A stretch of DNA of 41,621 nt, from contig DATBQN010000028.1 of the NCBI GenBank assembly GCA_036560825.1, positions 1 through 41,621 of the forward strand, in the 5' to 3' direction. Position numbers and translations under genes: made by a program. The notes beneath the pieces are model-generated. The model ran no database searches, was not told where the DNA came from, and was given only the letters and a program-made list of their open reading frames with translations. This document shows positions 37,229 to 41,621 of the stretch, in pieces; position 1 is the stretch's first letter; the number at the start of each line of letters is the position of its first letter. Origin of the DNA: Thermoanaerobaculia bacterium. Lineage in GTDB: Bacteria; Acidobacteriota; Thermoanaerobaculia; Multivoradales; UBA5704.

Positions 37229-37717
37229 TTACTGCCGTAACTCCTCGGTTCGCTCTCCCTCTTCGCCGCGACTGTCCGTCCGCTCAGGCTTCAGCAGACC
37301 GGAGATTCGCTTGCGGAGCGTCACCACCGTCCCGCCGCCCGGGCGCGGCCCGTATTCGACCGCGTCCATGAAGCTGCGCATGTAGAAGATGCCGCGGCCG
37401 TTGGGCTTCAGCAGGTTCTCCGGCGCCAGCGGATCGCTCAGCTGGCCGGGATCGAAGCCGCTCCCCTGGTCCTCGATCCGGATGACCAGCTCGCCGCCGT
37501 CGATCCCGGCGTCCACCTGGACCGTCTTCGCCGGGTCCTGCGCGTTGCCGTGCTTGATCGCGTTGGCGACCGCCTCGCGCACGGCGATGTCCACCCAGTG
37601 GCGGGCGTCGCCGTCGAGGCCGATCCGCTCGAGCGAGTCGTTCAACACCACCTGCACCAGCTCGATGTTCTCGAAGCGGCTGCCGATCGCGAGGTGGAAA
37701 CGGTGGTCCCCCGGCAT
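37229..37717 (-). CDS. Anti-sigma regulatory factor, Ser/Thr kinase (RsbW/SpoIIAB-like HATPase)
   Basis: N-box EAVANAIKHGN and G-boxes EDQGSGFD and GRGIFYM. Confidence 0.85.
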   Translation of the reverse strand: MPGDHRFHLAIGSRFENIELVQVVLNDSLERIGLDGDARHWVDIAVREAVANAIKHGNAQDPAKTVQVDAGIDGGELVIRIEDQGSGFDPGQLSDPLAPENLLKPNGRGIFYMRSFMDAVEYGPRPGGGTVVTLRKRISGLLKPERTDSRGEEGERTEELRQ

Positions 37718-37777
37718 CGCCGGTGGAGTCTAGCAGAGGCGGGATCGCCGGGACGATCGGGATATCATGCCAGCCGG

Positions 37778-38044
37778 ATGGCCTTCCCCGGCGGCAGCGC
37801 CTACGCCATGGCCCGCGACATCGCCGGGGGATTCACCGCGGTTTCCGAGCGCACCTTTCGCACCATGACCCGCCCCGATCTCGATCAGCTCGGCTTCGAG
37901 ATCGACCGCCACCTGCGCGAGCTGCGGGGCGAGCAGGCGCCGCTCGACGACATCCCGGCGATCCAGCAGCGCAACCGTCGCATGCAGCGCCTGACCTCCG
38001 CCCTCGCGGTCCTGCGCGCCTACCGGCAGAAGGCCAAGACGTGA
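37778..38044 (+). CDS. Hypothetical small protein (88 aa)
   Basis: ATG at 37778 within track ORF 37550..38044. Its stop overlaps the GTG of the next gene (GTGA at 38041-38044). It looks helical and basic at the C-terminus, with no recognised domain. Confidence 0.5.
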   Translation: MAFPGGSAYAMARDIAGGFTAVSERTFRTMTRPDLDQLGFEIDRHLRELRGEQAPLDDIPAIQQRNRRMQRLTSALAVLRAYRQKAKT

Positions 38045-38979
38045 CGGCCGGCGAGCTCCTGCGGGCCGCCGGCCCCGCCCTCCTCGCCCTCCTCGCCGCC
38101 TGGGCCTTCGATCGCCTGACGGCGCGCCGCGGCTTCGATCCGCCCGGCTTCGCGGCGCCCTGGCGGCGGGCGCTCGCCTTCCTCGCCGTCGCCTTCGTCC
38201 TCTGGGCGGGCGTCTTCTCGCCCCTGGGGGAGCTCGGCAGGGACTCGACACTCGACCTCGCCCACCTCGGCCCGGGGCGCCTGTTCCTCCTCCACGAGCT
38301 GATGATCGGGGCGATCCTGACGTGGTTCCTCGCCGGCTTCGCGGGCCTCCGCCAGCGCCCGGCGCCGGCTCTCGAGATCCCCGCCGCGTCCCTCGAGATC
38401 CCAGCGCCCCTCGAGATCCCCGCCGCGCCCCCGCCGCGCCTCTCGCTCGGCCGCCAGCTCGCCGTCCAGCTCGGCCTCGCGACGCCCTCGGTCGGCCGCG
38501 AGGTCGGGCTCGGGCTCGTCCTCGGCATCGGCGCCTGGATTGCGGTGATCGTCGCGGTCGCCCTGGTCGCCCTCTTCATCGTCTACGGGCTCGGCGCCGA
38601 GGGGGCGCTCCCCAAGCAGCCGCCGGCCCTCATCCCCTGGCTCGCCGCCCTCCCCATCGGCGTCCGCCTGCTCCTCGCGCTCTCGGCGGGGGTCGTCGAG
38701 GAGGGTTTCTTCCGCGGCCTCCTCCAGCCGCGGGTGGGCATCGCCCTCTCGACGGGGATGTTCGTCCTCGCCCACACCGCCTACGGCCAGCCGTTCCTCC
38801 TCATCGGAGTGGGGATCCTGTCGCTGATCTACGCCTTCCTGGTGCGTTGGCGCCGGAGCATCTGGGCCGCGATGACCGCGCACGCCCTCTTCGACGGCGT
38901 GCAGCTCCTCATCGTCATCCCGGCGGCGCTCAAGATGATCGGCGGCAAGCTGCCGCCCGCGTGGCTCGGGCTGTTCTGA
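38041..38979 (+). CDS. CPBP-family (CAAX/Abi, PF02517-type) intramembrane metalloprotease
   Basis: Motif 1 VVEEGFFRGLL, motif 2 FVLAHT and motif 3 HALFDG, in a multi-TM protein. GTG start at 38041. Confidence 0.8.
   Translation: MTAGELLRAAGPALLALLAAWAFDRLTARRGFDPPGFAAPWRRALAFLAVAFVLWAGVFSPLGELGRDSTLDLAHLGPGRLFLLHELMIGAILTWFLAGFAGLRQRPAPALEIPAASLEIPAPLEIPAAPPPRLSLGRQLAVQLGLATPSVGREVGLGLVLGIGAWIAVIVAVALVALFIVYGLGAEGALPKQPPALIPWLAALPIGVRLLLALSAGVVEEGFFRGLLQPRVGIALSTGMFVLAHTAYGQPFLLIGVGILSLIYAFLVRWRRSIWAAMTAHALFDGVQLLIVIPAALKMIGGKLPPAWLGLF
38371..38430 (+). repeat. In-frame 21/18/21-nt tandem repeat (CTCGAGATCCC...) inside the CPBP protease gene
   Basis: The units are ctcgagatccccgccgcgtcc, ctcgagatcccagcgccc and ctcgagatccccgccgcgccc. 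They encode LEIPAAS-LEIPAP-LEIPAAP in a loop between TM segments. Confidence 0.9.
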
Positions 38980-39007
38980 CCCGGGGCACGGGATTCGGGG
39001 GGCCCGG

Positions 39008-39289
39008 ATGCCGAAGGTCCTCTACATGGTGGTCGAGCGCTATCGGAACGGCGACGCCGCGGCGGTCTACCGGCGCTTCCGGGACAGCGGACGGATGGCG
39101 CCCGAGGGCCTGGTCTATGTCGCGAGCTGGGTCGATCGGGAGCTCGAGCGCTGCTTTCAGCTCATGGAGACCGACGACCCGAAGCTGCTCGACGAGTGGA
39201 TGGCGGCGTGGAGCGACCTCGTCGAGTTCGAGGTGCACCCGGTCATCACCTCCGCGGAGGCCGCGGAGACGATCGCCCCGCGCCTGTGA
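39008..39289 (+). CDS. DUF3303 domain protein
   Basis: MPKVLYMVVERYRNGDAAAVYRRFRDSGRMAPEGLVYVASWVD..ERCFQLMETDDPKLLDEWMAAWSDLVEFEVHPV matches my recollection of the DUF3303 family pattern. Confidence 0.75.
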   Translation: MPKVLYMVVERYRNGDAAAVYRRFRDSGRMAPEGLVYVASWVDRELERCFQLMETDDPKLLDEWMAAWSDLVEFEVHPVITSAEAAETIAPRL

Positions 39290-39311
39290 AGGACCTGGTG
39301 CCCTTCGGCAA

Positions 39312-39491
39312 GCCGAGAACTTGCCCGGGATCTCTTGCAGGGCGAAAGGGCGGCTTGTTTTGTCTCGGGACGGCTTGCACACGCCATGGCGAGCCGAGAA
39401 GTTGCCCGGGATCTCTTGCAGACCGAAGGGACGGCTTATTTCGTCTCGGGATGGCTTGCATGCCCCACGGGAGGCCGAGAATTCGCGCGGG
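39312..39491. repeat. 81-bp tandem repeat, 2.2 copies
   Basis: Unit 1 is 39312-39392, unit 2 is 39393-39473 (66 of 81 identical by my count), and a partial unit 3 is 39474-39491. Each unit starts GCCGAGAAnTTGCCCGGGATCTCTTGCAG. Confidence 0.9.
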
Positions 39492-39601
39492 CGGACGGGA
39501 ACCCTGTCCGTGGACCTGGCTGCAGGTTGCGAAGGGCCTCGTGTCTCTGCGACACTCGGGCGCATCCGATCGCCCCGAAGTACCTAACCGAGGAGTCTTC
39601 C

Positions 39602-40048
39602 ATGGTCAGTGCCAGCGAAGCCTGGGCTGCGTTCTGGCGGATCACCAACGTATCGTTCCAGGTGGTGTTGGATCTGTGGCCCGTTTCCCTTGGGGTTCTG
39701 GTTGCAGCGATCCTCGCGTTCACGGTCGGAAATCCGCTGCGGACGCCGGCGATCCGGAGGCGCCTTACCCTCCTGTTGGTCACCTATGCCATCCCGCTGC
39801 TGATCGTCGTCATGGGAGCGGTTCTTCGTTTCCCAGGACCACCACGCATGTTCACGGAAGCGCGGCAATCGTGGCGGGTCGACATGTTGTGGTGGGTCTT
39901 GCTCATCCATGCGCTGGTCGTGCTCGCCGCCCCGATCATCATGAAAGGCGTTCGACTCAGGGCATTCGCGATTTTGCTCCTGGGCTTCTGGCTGTCGGCG
40001 ACCTCAGGATTTTTGGTCGAGGCGTCGCTCCAGGGCGTAGGGCAGTAA
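39602..40048 (+). CDS. Hypothetical 4-TM membrane protein (148 aa)
   Basis: ATG at 39602 has GAGGAG at 39591-39596. Four hydrophobic segments are present. Local GC is about 60%, against about 72% in the flanking regions. No recognised family. Confidence 0.6.
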   Translation: MVSASEAWAAFWRITNVSFQVVLDLWPVSLGVLVAAILAFTVGNPLRTPAIRRRLTLLLVTYAIPLLIVVMGAVLRFPGPPRMFTEARQSWRVDMLWWVLLIHALVVLAAPIIMKGVRLRAFAILLLGFWLSATSGFLVEASLQGVGQ

Positions 40049-40068
40049 AGGCGCTGGTCGAATGGAAA

Positions 40069-40093
40069 GGGCGCCGGGGAGATCCCGGCGCCC
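40069..40093. terminator. Perfect 10-bp GC hairpin between convergent genes (possible bidirectional terminator)
   Basis: gggcgccggg (40069-40078), loop gagat, cccggcgccc (40084-40093). It lies 21 nt after the stop of the membrane-protein gene and 30 nt after the stop of the minus-strand gene. Only a weak T tract (CCTTTCCATT) follows on the minus strand. Confidence 0.5.
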
Positions 40094-40122
40094 GAGAGCT
40101 TCAGGTCAAAGGAGGATGTAGA

Positions 40123-40575
40123 CTACTGTGTGGCGGGGGTCGGGCTGGCGGGCGGTGGCGGCGGTGGCTTCTCCGCCGCCTTGACCTGGGCCAGCCTGGC
40201 GGCCGCCCTCGCCGCCTCGCGCTCCGCTCTTTCGAGCGGAGTGAGCCGCCGGCGCTCCGACGTCACGGCGCGCGGCTTGATGCGGAACTCGGTCAGGTCG
40301 CTGTTCTCGGGGTTCATGACGCCCCTCAAGCCGAGCGCCAGGCGGGTCTGCAGCTTGCCACCCTGCTTCGAGATCTCCTTGCGCTGGGAATTGACCTGGC
40401 GGAAGGCCGCTCGCGCCAGCTCCTGCTTGTTCTCGAGATCCTGCGCCTGGGCGAGGACCTGCCCGAGCGCCGTGTGGTCGGCGGCGAACTGCGGCAGGTC
40501 GGTCAGGCGCGGCGCGAGGTTGTCGTGCAGCACCTTCCAGTCGACCAGCTTCTCCTTGAATCGCTTCGTAGACAT
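40123..40575 (-). CDS. Hypothetical protein (150 aa; helical, C-terminal poly-Pro tail)
   Basis: ATG at 40575 has GGAGAAGGAG about 9 nt upstream. The tail is [16 protein letters not shown]. No recognised family, and the GC content is lower than the window average. Confidence 0.55.
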   Translation of the reverse strand: MSTKRFKEKLVDWKVLHDNLAPRLTDLPQFAADHTALGQVLAQAQDLENKQELARAAFRQVNSQRKEISKQGGKLQTRLALGLRGVMNPENSDLTEFRIKPRAVTSERRRLTPLERAEREAARAAARLAQVKAAEKPPPPPPASPTPATQ

Positions 40576-40941
40576 CGTTCGAGACTCCTTCTCCTTCCCG
40601 ATGGAAGGGGTTGGGCCTCCGGCATGCTACGGTTGGAAGTCGCCAGAGGCCATGGCTTTCGCCTTGGTTTCTGCGGTGGGCTCGGGTCTGGGACGCTCCG
40701 CCTGAGAGAGCCCAGGCCCGGCCCGGCTTTCCTACTCCAACGTTTCACTAACAGGTTCGGGCTGCCGGTCTCGGCCGTCCATGATCACCTCCTTTCGTTC
40801 GCCGCGGCTCCATCGCCGCGGCGAGGCGGATCGTGCACCAAGACGTGTAATAATGTCAAGCGAGAAATGAGAATTGCGTCTCGGTAGCCATTCCTGCCCC
40901 TGCAACGTCCAGCTCGTTCTCAGGTCGCCGGCATCCACCCG

Positions 40942-40950
40942 TGATAGAAT
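40942..40950 (+). promoter_or_regulatory. Extended -10-like element (TGaTAGAAT) upstream of gcdH
   Basis: TG at 40942-40943 and TAGAAT at 40945-40950, about 74 nt upstream of the gcdH TTG start. There is no convincing -35. Confidence 0.3.
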
Positions 40951-41023
40951 TTTCCGTCGCGGTGCGCTCTGGCCGCGACTCTCAAGCCGCAATCCGGGAC
41001 CGTCATCTGGAGGAGGACTCCCC

Positions 41024-41621
41024 TTGAGCCGTTTCCCAGGCGTTGATTTTCTCGACTTCGACTCGCTCCTGAGCGACGAGGAGCGGCTGATCCGCGACAC
41101 CGTGCGCGCCTTCGTCGACGACCGGCTGAAGCCGATCATCGAGGAGTGCCACCGCGACGGCCGCACCCCGCTCGAGCTGGTGCCCGAGATGGGCCGCTTG
41201 AACCTCTTCGGCGCCAACCTCTCCGACTACGGACTCCCCGGCCTCGGCGGCGTCGCCTACGGGCTCATCATGCAGGAGCTGGAGCGCGGCGACTCGGGGC
41301 TGCGCAGCTTCGTCTCCGTGCAGAGCGGCCTCGTCATGTATCCCATCCACGCCTTCGGCTCCCCGGCGCAGAAGGACCGCTGGCTCCCGCGCCTGGCGAC
41401 CGGCGAGGCGATCGGCTGCTTCGGCCTCACCGAGCCCGACTTCGGCTCCAACCCCGGCGGCATGCGGACGACCGCGCGGCGGCAGGGCGGCGACTGGGTG
41501 CTCGACGGCAGCAAGCAGTGGATCACCAACGGCACCCTCGCCGACGTCGCGGTGGTCTGGGCGAAGACGGACGACGGCGTGCGCGGCTTCCTGGTCGAGA
41601 AGGGGACCCCCGGCTTCACCT
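41024..41621 (+). CDS. gcdH: Glutaryl-CoA dehydrogenase (acyl-CoA dehydrogenase family), 5' part; runs off the right edge
   Basis: My translation from TTG 41024 (GGAGGAGGA at 41009-41017) gives (M)SRFPGVDFLDFDSLLSDEERLIRDTVRAFV...YGLIMQELERGDSGLRSFVSVQSGLVMYPIHAFGSPAQKDRWLPRLATGEAIGCFGLTEPDFGSNPGGMRT...KQWITNG. These are GCDH-type blocks. It has no stop, so it is absent from the ORF track. Confidence 0.85.
   Translation, partial: MSRFPGVDFLDFDSLLSDEERLIRDTVRAFVDDRLKPIIEECHRDGRTPLELVPEMGRLNLFGANLSDYGLPGLGGVAYGLIMQELERGDSGLRSFVSVQSGLVMYPIHAFGSPAQKDRWLPRLATGEAIGCFGLTEPDFGSNPGGMRTTARRQGGDWVLDGSKQWITNGTLADVAVVWAKTDDGVRGFLVEKGTPGFT

Noticed and set aside
39312-39491. The repeats as a CRISPR array
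   Set aside because: The units are 81 bp, directly abutting with no unique spacers, only 2.2 copies and about 81% identical. No cas genes are in the window.
39335-39601. N-terminal extension of the 148-aa membrane protein from TTG 39335, in frame through the repeats
   Set aside because: ATG 39602 has a well-spaced GAGGAG. The extension would add a non-hydrophobic repeat region in a frame that does not show the third-position substitution bias.
40782-40795. GATCACCTCCTTTC on the plus strand resembles the 3' end of 16S rRNA
   Set aside because: Nothing upstream resembles 16S helix 45 or any other rRNA sequence. It is simply the complement of a strong Shine-Dalgarno on the minus strand.
40831-40859. 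A perfect TTGACA -35 on the minus strand (40859-40854) as promoter of the micro-ORF
   Set aside because: The hexamer at 16-18 nt spacing reads GCACGA or TGCACG, so there is no usable -10.

Overview
This is a gene-dense, very GC-rich (roughly 70% by eye) bacterial chromosomal segment. The gene content (DUF4388, DUF1844, HspR-controlled dnaK, a membrane Ser/Thr kinase) suggests an Acidobacteriota- or Myxococcota-like lineage, but that is only a guess. I support about 40 CDS and found no rRNA, tRNA, CRISPR array, transposase or integrase.

Left to right, the window contains:
- a truncated MacB-type permease;
- a periplasmic DsbD-N-like and thioredoxin-like pair;
- a small histone-fold-like protein followed by a multi-TM/GAF/zinc-ribbon Ser/Thr kinase;
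- an aminotransferase-V and O-methyltransferase pair, then a lipoprotein;
- queD-like, udk and mutM;
- a Cys-less SplB-like radical-SAM homolog;
- a dnaK-hsp20-hspR operon;
- a DUF1844 / TPR-membrane / DUF4388 string;
- mazG;
- a tesA-like / sbcD / sbcC / AhpD-like string on the minus strand, divergent from ybbA/ybbP-like ABC genes;
- a long minus-strand string: RsbW-like kinase, STAS, polyprenyl synthase, AP-superfamily membrane protein, prolyl oligopeptidase, EnvC-like, S41-like, YibQ-like;
- a small protein coupled to a CPBP protease, then DUF3303;
- a lower-GC (~58-60%) stretch at 39.3-41.0 kb with an 81-bp tandem repeat and orphan genes;
- the 5' part of gcdH.

Most of the very long ORFs in the six-frame track are GC-driven shadow frames, or chimeras of a real gene with upstream open frame.

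I cannot point to one clear-cut novel system. The best candidates for a second look are:
- the 81-bp (27-codon) tandem repeat, whose substitutions look codon-like, and the low-GC islet around it;
- the sbcD-sbcC junction, which has no canonical start and an in-frame TGA followed by CTG, plus a translationally coupled AhpD-like third gene;
- a triple direct repeat in the tesA/ybbA divergent region;
- back-to-back promoters that appear to give leaderless transcripts and share a -35 core;
- several enzyme homologs that seem to have lost catalytic residues (radical SAM, QueD, S41 protease, thioredoxin-like).

All family assignments come from motif recognition by eye and none was checked against a database.
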